Shown here: positions 36,456 through 48,491 of the stretch, one piece after another
Numbering within the stretch: position 1 is the first letter of the stretch
Layout: each line of letters begins with the position of its first letter
NCBI GenBank assembly: GCA_028534125.1
Contig: CM052816.1
Coordinates: 99,388,001 to 99,452,000 of the forward strand
Direction: 5' to 3'
Source: Lama glama
Taxonomy: Eukaryota
DNA length: 64,000 bases
The notes under the pieces: generated by a model
The model's input: the letters and a program-made list of their open reading frames with translations, nothing else
What the model was told of the DNA's origin: nothing
Database searches by the model: none
Translations under genes and position numbers: made by a program

Positions 36456-38269
36456 TGGGTAAAAAAATCAATGAAATATAACTGAACCAAATCTAAAACA
36501 AGATAAATATTCCTAAAAAGAAAACTGAAAAAACAAACAAAAACCCCCAAAACTGTAATACTCAAAGATGCTCTGAGACATATTTAAACAGATTTTTAAC
36601 ATAATCATTACAAAACAGCACACATATTACAAAGTATCAGAGTTTTTTATATCTTGGATAAACTTAAAAGGTTATACAGTATAGTTCCCCATTATGTGGA
36701 GGGGGAACTGAGGCACAAAAGGGTTAAGACAGCTAAATGAAACTGGAGCCCTCGAAGTCATCAGATTGAAAACAGACAATCCTCTTTCTCCTTTCACCTT
36801 CTTACTGAAATTAGGTTGATAATACTTTACCTGTGATGTCAGTCATACTCTTGTTTTGTCCCAACCTACATTTATTTTAGTAGAGGTCTATACTCAGTTT
36901 ATTTCCTCAAAATACCAGTATAATGTGTGTGTGAAAAATACATATATATAGGGAAGCTCTTGCTCTGTCAGTCTTCTGCTTGGGGTACAGCTCAGGGGGA
37001 GAACATCTGATGCCCTGGCTAATTTAAATGTCCAAATTTGGAGGCCATGGCCACTGGTTCATTTCAGAAGCTTTTACTGCAGTCGTCTTAGTGATAGACA
37101 GTGTTTTCCACCCTGGGTGACCCTTGACACAAATTTGGAAGAAAAATCTCTTGAATAAGCCCCGAAGGGATCATTCATCCTTAATGTATCTAATTACTGT
37201 CTAGAAAATGTGTGAGACATTATGCAGAAATTATAATGAAAACCCACCTATGTAATGTTTCAGCTCAGTGATTTCCTAATTATATTAGGTTAAATGTAAA
37301 TATTTCCTGGCAAGAAATTGGAAACTATCACATTTTGTGAAAAAATAAATCAGCTGAACCCCCATGGCAGCACCCTCACGTTACGTGACAGAGTGTCCCA
37401 TCGCTGCTTTCTCTACACCTGGTACCTACCTGGATTTCTATATATTTCTTCCAGGCTGAAAACAGATCTCTGAGTTAGATAGTCTTTTTCCTTCATGATA
37501 TGTAAAAAATGAATGGACAAATTAAAAGTCATTCAAATCGGTCTTTGGCATCATTAGAAGGCGGACGTGCTTACACGAGTGGCTTCAGTCTCCTTGCTGG
37601 GATACTGCAGGGGTGCGCGCTCAGCACTTTACACACCAGGATCAGCGTGCGTTGGAGGCGCTGATTTTTCTGCACAAATAAAATATATAATAAAATAGAA
37701 GCCTTCACTCTTCATAATTGAATGTTTTCCAACTGGTAGATTTGAAACAAGGTGGCAAATAGAATGATACTATGCTAACCTGAACACTTTGTTTTTAATG
37801 AAAATCTTAATGGCCAATTTTTCAAGTTGAGGTTACTTAGTACCTTCCTATAATATCTTTGCTGTATCTCAAGTTATAAATATTTTAATGGGCAGACACA
37901 TAGTCATGCACACATGGACCTTAGCAGTGCCCAAGATACTGCATTTGATCTCAAATTATTCTAAGATTAAGATGAGAAGTTGGAAGAGGAAGTCCAGTCT
38001 CCAGCCACATGGTGCCCCATCCTGCACGGTGTACCTGTTAATAAAGGAGGAGACACCAGGTTCATTCCACCATCGGATTTCTGGGTTGGCTCCACGACCT
38101 GCTACTCGGCTCAGACTCTCCTAGTTTTGACTTGCCACCTTCAGGTCCCAGGGCAGCTGATATGCAGTTAGATCCAAGAGCAAAGCCAGGCCAGCTTTTT
38201 CCAGGACAGCAGGCTGCCTCTCTCCTGTTTTTTAAAGAATATTTGCTAATTATTCCTCGATTTTTTTTT

Positions 38270-38750
38270 CCTCCTACAAATCTTTTCTGAGCCCCTACCA
38301 CCTGGCAGACATCTTTTCAACTCTTTGGGGTGCATCCGTGAGCAGAGATGGAGAAGACCTCTCCCTCGGTGACTCGTGTTCTCCTGGGAAGCTGAGACCA
38401 TCAACATCACAGGATAAATAAGCAAACGCTCTGTCGCACTGAAGGTGTCAGTGTGGTGAAGGACTGGGCACAGGAGCGAGAGGCAGGCTGGGCAGGGATG
38501 TGCTTAAATAGTTTAAATACGATGGGTAAGGTGGGCTTCACTGAGAAACTGGGATTGGAAGGAGGTGAAGGAATTCACCATGAAGCTCTCGGGGGGAGAA
38601 GCAGCCCCATGGAGGGAATGAATGGCCACCGTGAAGGAAGCAGGAGAGCGTGTACATGTTACATTTGAGGGCCTGCGGGGAGGCCAGCGTTGCTAGGACA
38701 CTGCTAGCTGGGGGAGGCAGCGGAGAGTTAGGGCATGGGGGCCGTCAGAG
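38270..38750 (-). mobile_element. L2a-like fragment
   Basis: ttctgagcccctacca...ggcttcactgagaa...tggaaggaggtgaagga...ggaggccagcgttgctagg. Confidence 0.7.
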
Positions 38751-38786
38751 GGAATCCAAGGGAAACCCACTGCAGCCACAGTCCAG

Positions 38787-39033
38787 GCTGCAAATGGCAT
38801 TATTTTATTCTTTGTTATGGCCAAGGAGTATTCCATTGTATAAATATACCACAGCTTCTTTATCCAGTCAGCTGTGGATGGACATTCAGGTTGCTCCCAT
38901 GTCTTGGCTGTTGTATACACTGCTGCTATGAACACTGGGGTGCAGCTGTCTTTTCAAATTAGACTCCCCTCTGGATATGTGCCCAGGAGTGAGATGGCTG
39001 GATCACAGGGTGAGTCCATTTTCAGTTTTTTGA
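38787..39033 (-). mobile_element. L1 ORF2 3' fragment lacking 3' UTR and tail
   Basis: ORF 38693-38935 reads MFIAAVYTTAKTWEQPECPSTADWIKKLWYIYTMEYSLAITKNKIMPFAA before leaving L1 homology. Confidence 0.9.
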
Positions 39034-40789
39034 CCACTTCCTTTTTAAAGGTTGGGCCAAAAAGATTTGAAGCCCTGCACGTGTAAAGTGAAAGAAAGAG
39101 CACAGCGTCAAGGGCGGCTTCAGGAGCCTCGGTCTGGAAAGACGTGACGATGTTGAGCGTTGTCCTCACTTCCTGGACCCTGAGTCCTCTTTTGCTTTGG
39201 ATGGCACTTCCGGTGGCTGACTTTTTGTACGACTCTGCTCTTTGCCCACTGACTCCGACTCCACGACCTCAGGACCACCTTTTCTTCCTCCCTCTTAGCT
39301 CGTCACTCGGTCCCTGGGACAAGCGCTGTCCGCGACCTGGCTTGATGGACACGTCCTACACGTTCCATGAAAAGAGGCCTTTTCATGCTACTGTTTTTAC
39401 AAACTTTAGAAAACTCACAGGGAACACTAGGCGGCTTCTCCCTGGCAGGTGGTGTATGGAAAAAAATAACTCCAAGGCCCTCTCAGAATTGTTATTGTAA
39501 AACAGACCCTGTGTTTGGCACAATGTTTCTTCTGCGACTTTTTCTGACAGTTACTGGTCCAGCTACACGGCTCTCCCTAGGATGTTTCAGAGTCTTAGTG
39601 TTTAATTTTCTCTGATGCCAAAACTGCTGTTAGAAAAATGAAAACAGAGTTCTCCCCATCAATCAGCCACTTGCGTGACCCACAGTATGCCAAATGTACG
39701 ACTGACATTTTAGAGCCGAAGAACTCATTCAACTGGCATTTTCCACTGAAGCCAAGTCTCCAAGGTGCCAGATTCACCACTGTGGTCAGTCGACTGAGTT
39801 AAAACCAAGCAGTCAAATCTGATGTTCGGTTAAGATGCTGAACGGATATCAGAACCTGTCATTTTGGAGGTGCACAGAAGGAACTTCTGTGTCCTCTTTA
39901 TTCGTTCAAACAGCAGCAGTGGTCACAATCGCCAGCTGCAGCTGTGGGTGTTGGTGGCAATTCCACTGTTCTGGGCTCAAGCCACTCCTCCTGCTGAAGG
40001 AGTTGAGAGGAGGCGGCTAAGGACTAAAGAGGCACCAGATCTCTCCGCGCCGCTCATCTTCCTGGGCGTGCCCATGACAAGCCCCTAAAGGACCTTGCTT
40101 TAATGAACCTTGGAAAGTGACAACGGTGCCTGTGACTGTGATTTATTCAGCTTCCATCTCGCTCCATGCCAGCACACAACTTGAAATCAAGTCCAAATCT
40201 TTGCTCCTTGACTCAACCGAGTTCAAGAGAAGTTGCTGTAAGTATGAATTTTGCAACATAGTTATTTCTTTCTCTTCTTAGTGAGTTTCTTAGAGTTCTT
40301 GTCACTAAGCCTTTCTGTTTTAAGGAAATCCTATTTGCGCTGACATGGTGCGTGAGACACCCACATGTGTCTCAGTTACTGAGACGAAGCTGTTTAACAT
40401 ATTATTTGCCAAACTTAGTTTTCAACTGGAGTGTCCCAGAGTGTGGTCTCCTGTCACACGTGTCTTTCTCTGTGACCCTGTAGCTCAGAAACAGGCCAGA
40501 CACATGACGTAGCAGAGGTCAGTATGGACACAGGCTGATCTCGGAGGCTCTCATTGTGAGCTCCAAGGCTGTGGCACAGAGCGGAGGCGGGTGGGCAGCT
40601 GTAGATGTCTGGTAGCTCCCTCCCTTCTCCTCACACTCCCTCCTCCCTGGCCGCACCGTGTCTGTTGTGTGGCTGTAATCATTTTGTCCCGTTTGGTTGA
40701 TGATGAAGATGACCATTTTCTTTGTTTTAAAAAAGCCTTAAGAATTTCTGGCTAAATGATATTTTGTCTTAGAAGTAGGGCTTATGCTC

Positions 40790-41420
40790 TTTTTTTTGTT
40801 TTTTTAGATTCCACATATGAGCGATCTCATATGGTATTTTTCTTTCTCTTTCTGGCTCACTTCACTTAGAATGACATTCTCCAGGAGCATCCATGTTGCT
40901 GCAAATGGCGTTATGTTGTCGGTTTGTATGGCTGAGTAGTATTCCATTGTATAAATGTACCACTTCTTCTTTATCCAGTCATCTGTCGATAGACATTTAG
41001 GCTGTTTCCATGTCTTGGCTACTGTAAATAGTGCTGCTATGAACACTGAAAAAAATGAACATAAATACAAAACAGAAATAGACTCATAGACATAGAATAC
41101 AAACTTGAGATTGACAAGGGGGAGGGGGTGTGAAGGGACAGACTGGGAGTTCAAAATGTGTAGACACTGACAGGCATATGTAGAACAGATAAACAAGATT
41201 ATACTGTGTAGCACAGGGAAATATATACAAGATCTTGTGGTGGCTCACAGTGAAAAAAATGTACAAAAAATATACAATGAATATATATATATGTATATAT
41301 ATATATATAATGTTCATGTATAACTGAAAAATTGTGCTCTACACTGGAATTTGACACAACATTGTAAAATGACTATAACTCAATAAAAAATGTTTTTATA
41401 AAAAGAGTTAAAAAAAGAAA
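40790..41420 (+). mobile_element. L1 with 5' inversion (antisense 40790-41048, sense 41049-41420) and TSD
   Basis: Antisense ORF2 C-terminus joined to sense 3' UTR and A tail; flanks agaagtagggctta (40771-40784) and agaaatagggttta (41421-41434). Confidence 0.92.
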
Positions 41421-44400
41421 AGAAATAGGGTTTAGTTTAGGACAATCCCAGGCAAATTGCCACCATGTGCCAAAAAAATTTAGAAAAAGAAGGTCCGTTG
41501 TTTGATTTAAGGCCATAAGTGAGTTTTAATCACACTCCTAAGGAAGCAATGGAAGTGGCGGAAGTGGAAGCCTACACGTGACAAGAATGAGAGCAATACT
41601 ATGTGACGCTTAACGCTTTAGCACCTTCCCACCTCCTCCCTCACGGGCCATTTCACGAGACGGCCAGAAGACCCCTTGATATAATTAGGGCAGCAGGTAC
41701 CCTCTCCAGTCTTTTCTGAGAAAACGGAGCAGCCGTGTCAGCACCTGCAGCAGGACTCAGACCCCGAATGCAGCGCACCCGTCGCTGGCGCTCAGGAGGG
41801 GCTCTCTCCTCCGTGATGTCAGAACAAAGCATCGTCTTGTCCACGGGTGTGCATTTTAGTAAAGTACGAAACATGAATTAAAAAAAATTCAGATATGTGG
41901 ACCTTATTTTGACATTGACCCAGGCCCAGAAACTGTCTTCCAAGCTTGAGGAAAAGATGACCTGTGTCACACTGTATAAATGCAATTTGACTTGACAGAC
42001 AGTATGATGCTGTAAGAAGTGTGAGAGGTGTGTGAGAGTTCGTCTTATTCCTTCAAAATAAATTAAGTCCAGACTCCTTCTCTCAAACCCAACTCACGTG
42101 TGTTTGCAAAGTTTTCTAGAACCCGCAGGTTTTGCTGCACAAATGACTTTTGTTTCGGTGATTCCCATGCACGTGCACATTATAAATCATTCCACGGAGA
42201 CAGAGGTGCCGGCCACGGCAAGTTCACTTCCCCTTCCTCAACAGATAAGGAAGGTGCTCACGAACCCATGTTTTCCAGGTTGAGAGACGTGGCGGGTGTT
42301 TATTTAGTGACTTGGGGTGGGTGGGTTGCACCATGCTTTATTTGTAAAGTGTTTCAAGGAGACATCTATTGGGTCCTTCACAGACATGGAAGGGGGACGC
42401 TGAAAACAGGCAGGAACGTTCTATAAGAAAATACCCAGCATTGTATCTTTACATGGCTCACATGTGGTAATCTGACACAATGCCTACCGTCACCTTGGCA
42501 AGGTCAGTGTGGAAAAGTCCTGGGTTGAAAAGGTTCCAAAGCAATTATATTCTTTTCTCATGCTTTGTAACTGTTTACCTAACTCAGTATTTTTTTTTTG
42601 GTATATTTGTCAAGAGAATATTGCTGTTTTACTTTACGACTTCCATCACCTTCCTAATAACTACTTCTTGTTATTTCTGTTCAGTGTAACATCACCTCCG
42701 AGCACAAGCAATGAAATGGGGTTTAGGAAAAAAAAAAGAAAGAAAAAAAAAGAAAATCCTGTATTATATCATCGTCTGGGGAGCACGATGGCTTCTGCTG
42801 TGTTAATTTACACTAAAATCCATGACCCGGGAGCCTGATTGATTGCCAAGGGCAGAAATCCAGCCCCTGGCCTGGTTCATTTTGTGAACTGTAGCCTCAG
42901 ATAGCGCTGCAAGCCGCAGTGATATTGATTTGATATACACTAGATGGCTCTTTATGCTCTTTGGGAAATTTATTGTGCCGAGTCAGAACCCCGGCAACCG
43001 GGGAGAAGCCGCTCTTTAAACTGAAGAGGGCTCTTGTGCTTTGACCCCTGGCCACTCAGCTTGCCGAGTGGCCTGGCAGAGGCCAGGTCGGAGCAGGCCC
43101 CGGGGACCAGCGCCCATCAGTTCTGAATGTCAAATCCCTTCAGAGGCCCTGAGTTATTGCTAATAGGAACTTGCTTGGGTCTATGACATTTGGATGCCCT
43201 ATAAGTTAAACATCATAACACTTTCTTCATGTCAGAGTCTTTTAAATTATGGCTGAGCACAGCACCTTTGCTCCGGCCGCCGAGCGCTAGTCTGCGGCGC
43301 AACATGAGGCAAACGGGGAAGCTGAGCGCAGCTGTTACCGGCAGAAGAGCTGCGCGGCACAGACCTCCCCACGCCCGTAAATTAGCAGGCTTGTCACGGG
43401 AGCTCCCACCGCAAGAACATCGTTGCCATCTTGTTTCTGCACAATCAAAGCCCGCTGGCCTTCGGCAACCCACACCATAGAAGTTAGGGTGCAATTCTGA
43501 GCTTGATGGCTTTTACTGTTTTTCTTGGGGGAAGCGAGGCTTGTGCTCGATAAAAGATGGGCAGAGAGAAAAGCTTCCCTCTTCATGGGCATCTTACGCA
43601 CGGAATAGAAAATAAATCATTTCTTTTTCTCTGAGAACAATTTGCAGCCACCCTCCTCTTCGGGAGGGCTGCAATGCTTACGGTTTCTAATTTCTGCAGA
43701 AAGGAATTCCGCAGTGGAGCACTGTCACGCTGGTAACAGATGACTCAGTCTAACTCCACTGGCTTATTATGACAAACTCCGACTGGAACTGCGGGAACAC
43801 CCACGAGCGTCATTTGACTTAAGTCCTGGAAACAGACTCCTGACTCTGGCAAATCAGATTTCTAGGACACGGCTTTACAAAGACACACCGAACTGCCTAC
43901 TGCTGGACACTGGAGTTATGAAAATCTATAGCTACACTGAATTTTCCCTAATAAATAGCTAGTTATATTCTGCACGGAACCATGTGACCATCTACGTGGA
44001 TGGGGAGACTCAGAATAGCTTGTTAATAGGGTCCCAAGCTGATGACAATCCATAGGGCGAAGAAAAGCACAGCAAAGCAACTCCAAGTTAGACTCCATCT
44101 GGCTTGTCCTTCATCTGCCTGCGCACTGCGATGTTAAAGGTCCTGAAAAAGACCTTCTGAAAGCACTATCAATATTGCACCGCCAAAATACATGAAAAAA
44201 AATCCCGTAATTCAATTTTCTCTGGATGTCTTGAGGAGGTGCACACATCTTAATTAAGTGGATGAAGAGAGAGCTTAGCACATAAACGCTCAAACTCAGG
44301 AGATAGCATACTGAAGTCAGTGCTACCATTAGCAGGAATGGGATACGGGAAGCCAATCTGATGGGGAAGAGGGCCGAAGAAGCCTCAGTGCGCGCGTGCT

Positions 44401-44469
44401 GTCCTGGCGGGAGCCGTCTGCCTGGGCTGGACGCCGTGGGTGGGACGGTCCAGGGCTTTGCTTCTGTGA

Positions 44470-44633
44470 GGAAGGGGGGTAGTCTTGTTGAGTTTTCTCT
44501 GAATGTCTCAGTGTCCTCACTTGTAAAAGGAAATTAATAACGAACTTCAAAGCATAGAGGAGAGTATAAAATGGGATAAAATATGTAAATTTTTACATCC
44601 AGCGCAGACTCTTTACTGGCGCTCAGAAGAGCA
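44470..44633 (+). mobile_element. MIR SINE fragment
   Basis: ctctgaatgtctcagtgtcctcacttgtaaaaggaaattaataa...aaatgggataaaatatgtaaa. Confidence 0.65.
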
Positions 44634-44637
44634 TCTC

Positions 44638-45031
44638 TGGATGGGTTTGTTCAAGCTGCCGTGACAATGTACCAACCAGTGAGTGTCTTAACGATCAGAA
44701 ATTGATGTTCTCACAATTTGGGAGCCTAGACGTTCCAGAGCAAGGTGCCAACAGGGTCGTCTCTTCTATGGCCACCCTCTCTGACTTGCACGTGGCTGTC
44801 ATTTTCTCCCTGTGTCTTCCCACGGTCTTCCTTCTGTGGGAGTCTGTGTCCTCACCTCTTCTTACATGGACCTCGGTGATATTGGACTTGAGCCCACCCA
44901 AATGACCTCATTGTATCTTCACTAACTCTTCAAAGACCTTATCTTCAAATACATTCACATTTTGAAGCACTGGAGGTGAGGACTTCAACGTCAGGGTTTT
45001 GGGGCTGGGGGACACACCTTGGCCCACCAGA
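44638..45031 (-). mobile_element. MLT1B-like MaLR solo LTR
   Basis: gctgccgtgacaatgtacca...cagaaattgatgttctcaca...ggtcttccttctgtg...aatgacctcatt...caaagaccttatct...gaggacttcaac. Confidence 0.88.
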
Positions 45032-45139
45032 AGTCCCATACGATAAGGTAGCGCATGTACACATGTAGTCTGTTTCTTACTTGTGTTTTAGCTCACTGAT
45101 ACTGCTGTTAACAGTTTTCATAGTACTCACTTACCCTTT

Positions 45140-45570
45140 ATATTTATAGAAGAACTTGAACATACACATGGGCAAAAAGAGACTGGAACAGACAGTATCT
45201 AGGGGAAAACACTGTGTTAAAACGCTGAGCTATACCCTTCCCTTGGCATGTATGCATGTGCAAGTGGAGTTTTCATGAAAATGGGATCATACTGTTTAGA
45301 ATCTGTTTCTTTTTTACTTAACAGATCATTAATATTTGTTAGCATCTGCCACTGCACGTAGAGCTGCCTCAGAGTTTATAATAACAACAGCGTTTCACCG
45401 TATAGAGAAACCATAATTTATTTATCTAATCTCTTAAGTAAGAGCATTTAAAATGTTCCCATATCTTGCTCTCATCAACAACGCTGCTAGCCACATGTTT
45501 TTGTTTTCTTACGTACTTGTGTGAATGATGTGTTCAGTTACTTCCTCAGGCTATTTCTCTGGGTTTTAGC
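45140..45570 (-). mobile_element. Ancient L1ME-like fragment
   Basis: aaaatgggatcatactgt...ttttttacttaaca...accataatttatttatctaatc...gcatttaaaatgttccca...caacgctgc. Confidence 0.65.
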
Positions 45571-46769
45571 TCAATAAAGACAGGAGTGGACCCACGCTAG
45601 AGTGTGACGCACGACATCTTATGTGGTGGGCGCCCACCAGGGGTACCCTCTCCACCGAGTGCTAGAGAATGTCAAACCAACTGTGTCGCACCTGCCCTGT
45701 AGGAGCTGATGTTCAAGAAAGAAAAAGAAGACAACGCAAAAGCCAGTGCTCAGACCCACCACAGGCTGGAGAGGCGTCCTGAGATGCCGCGGAAGCCCGA
45801 GTAAGGGTGGCTCAGACCGGCAAACCTCAGCTCCAGAGCACAGCCCAGAGTTGTCTGTCCCCAGGCCTGACTCCATGCAGAAGGACGCCAAAGACTGCAT
45901 GTCCACTGTCACGTGCGTGTTCCCACAGTCTCAGTGGGTACCGTGAGGTCTGAGCAGCAGGCACTGAGATTCTACAGTGCTTCCTCTGAAACAGCTACAT
46001 ACCTGAAGGGAATCATCAAGATCTCAGATAATAGTCAAAATGTTTTGAAAGGGTCAAATATCCATTTCTCAGAGCTGAAATATTTATAAAGGCAGTGCAG
46101 TTTTTTATTAGTCCCTTGAAACACATCAAATAGTTGCCCCATCTGAGTTTCCTGATTGACAATATATTTTTTCATTACATTTCAGTTGAATGACTTTCCT
46201 AAATTTAGTGGGCACATACTTTTTTCCAGTCAAATCAGCAATGCTGTCTATTTATAGCCTCATGAGGAACCAATGGATTAAAATGGACAAGTCAGCAAAA
46301 CCTGAAGCAAACTCAGAAGTTTTCCTTCTTATCAAGACTATGGTGTGTGACAAAAAGTCATCGCTGTACTCGAGCTGCCACAGGTGATGTTCAATTTCAA
46401 TGCACGCCATACTCTCAGGTTCAATTCAAGGGCTCGAAAAAGGGAGTGGTTAGACTGTCACCATGATCGCCTAAGAAATATTTACACCCTTAAGAGCCTT
46501 CATTTTAAAATTCTCTATAATACAAGTATTATTTTTATTCCTTTTTTCTGAACAGAATTAATAATTTGGAAAACTTTTCCAATAGGTTTTTATTTGAAAG
46601 TGTGTGTTTTTTTTTTAAATTAAGCTGCATAATTAAAAATGGAATTTGGATGGTAGGTATACATAAATGTATCAAATGTGACTTGGTCCTCACAGAGCAA
46701 CTGCCTGGACTGCATAGATGCAGGATGCTCACTGGGGAGAGTACACCCACGGGTCGTGTCCTGATTTAG

Positions 46770-46890
46770 CTGAACAGACCTGGGCTTCCATCCCATCTCT
46801 GCTGCGTACGTGCCAGGGCATGTCCATGCACTTCCCAGAATCCCTGTTTCTTCATCTGTAAATGTGGCCCAACCTCTGCCATCTAGACTT
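46770..46890 (+). mobile_element. MIR SINE fragment
   Basis: acagacctgggcttccatccca...cctgtttcttcatctgtaaa. Confidence 0.65.
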
Positions 46891-47479
46891 AAATGAGTCA
46901 TCAAAGGTTGGATCTTCTGCTCACAATCCAGTCTGTTCCCAGTCTTCCTCTTCCCTAAAACCCCAAGAAATATGAGCTAAAAATATAATTCATGTAAATG
47001 GGAAAAAATCCGTCTCTACCAATTGTTGCATACGTGTGTGATCATACATACAGAATCACTGAAAAGCGTCAGGCCACAGACAACATATGTTTATCAAGTA
47101 GATACAATTACTCTTCCTTTGTTGTAGCAAGCTCATTGATTTTATAATCCAGCACAATGTTCTCCAGTTAATATCGGCAGAGAAGAAATAAATGATGGTA
47201 GGACAGTAGATCACCTCAGAAATGCACGCCCCAAAGAGATGCAGACCGTGCCCGGGCACTGCCTGACGCTCAGTCTTTCCAGTGAGGGATGAAGGCCGGG
47301 GAATCAGCGGCCTCCTGACGACGCCCCAGAAAACGCTGAGAATTAAGGCAGAAGAGGGTATTTGCAGATGGGGAAGTGAGACCTTTGAGAGCAAGAGAAG
47401 GCATCTGAGAAGGAAAGTTAGTGGCCTAAGGTTACGTGACTCCTTACCAGCAGAATCGAGACTGAATCCGGATTTCTTG

Positions 47480-48410
47480 TCCCGGGTCGACCCGAGGCTG
47501 TGCAAGCGGTCATGACCGCTTAAACCCCACGAGAGAAAGGCCGTGGATACTTCCATCGGCCGTCATCACCGAGGACGCCTCTGCTCTTCTGCCCCTCCGG
47601 GCAAGAAGGGGCCGCCCGCCCCAGGGCCCCTGGGCCAGGAGCCCGCGCTGGGCCCGGCGCTCGGAGCGCCTGCGCGCACGGAGGGCCCTGCGAGGACCGG
47701 GGAGCCCCGCGCAGCGGAGGGACGGGAAGCAGAGGCGGCGGCGGCGGGACACAGAGCGCGAAGGGACCCGTCCGCCTGCGGGGCGGGCGCTCTCCCCAGC
47801 GCCCCCAAACCAACAGACACACGCGGAAAAGCGGCTGGAACCACATGCTGCGGCGGGGGGGGGGCGCCACCCGGGCCCGAGCGCGGCCACCGCCCGGACG
47901 GAGGGCCGGCGCTGCCAGGACGCCGAGCGCCTGCGCGCGGCAGCGCCCGCTTCCACGGCACCGCGTGCCTGGAGCCCAGAGGCGGATCGGCCCCCGGGAG
48001 CCGGCTTCTCGTGGAGCGGGGGCGGGTCCTGGGAGCGCGTGTCTCAGAATGGTCCGCGCGTGGCGTAGGGCACACCCGACAGGAAAGGCGTTCTCTAATT
48101 CATGACTTGCTGTAAAGCGTGAGTTTTCACAAGACACTTGGCCTGTTGGGCTGCGATGACGCACAGCACGGAGCGGGCAGCTGATGAACAGTGGAAATCG
48201 GCTTCTCTCCGTTCTGAGCGCCGGGGGTCCCGAGGTCACGGCGCCGCTCGGTGCAGTGAGGGCCCTGCTCTGGTGCGGAGACTGCCCGTTCTCTCCGTGT
48301 CGTCGCGTGGCGGAGGGGACGAGGGGCCTCTGCGGCCTCTTTCACGAGGGCCCTCACCCCGTTCGGGACAGCCCTACTCTCCTCGCCCAGCCACCTCCCA
48401 AAGGCTCGCC
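47480..48410. promoter_or_regulatory. CpG island, probable promoter of an unidentified transcript
   Basis: About 900 bp of very high GC and CpG density; GC boxes (ggggcggg near 47780 and 48019); NRF1-like gcgcctgcgcgc twice (near 47668 and 47927); minus-strand donor CTG|GTAAGG at 47448/47447. Confidence 0.85.
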
Positions 48411-48491
48411 TTCTCATTCCATCACTGGGGGGGGGGGGCTAAAATTTCAACATGTGAATTTTGGGGGCATACAAACTTTCAGACCATAGCA
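48133..48491 (-). mobile_element. MLT1A-like LTR overlapping the CpG-island edge
   Basis: Colinear with the 21.2 kb copy: gggctgcgatgac...gtgagggccctgct...cacctcccaaagg...tttcaacatgtgaattttgggg...aaactttcagaccatagca. Confidence 0.85.

Noticed and set aside
47510..48239. Overlapping 148-239 aa ORFs on both strands
   Set aside because: Arg/Pro/Ala/Gly-rich frames expected from stop-codon depletion in a CpG island; no recognisable domain.
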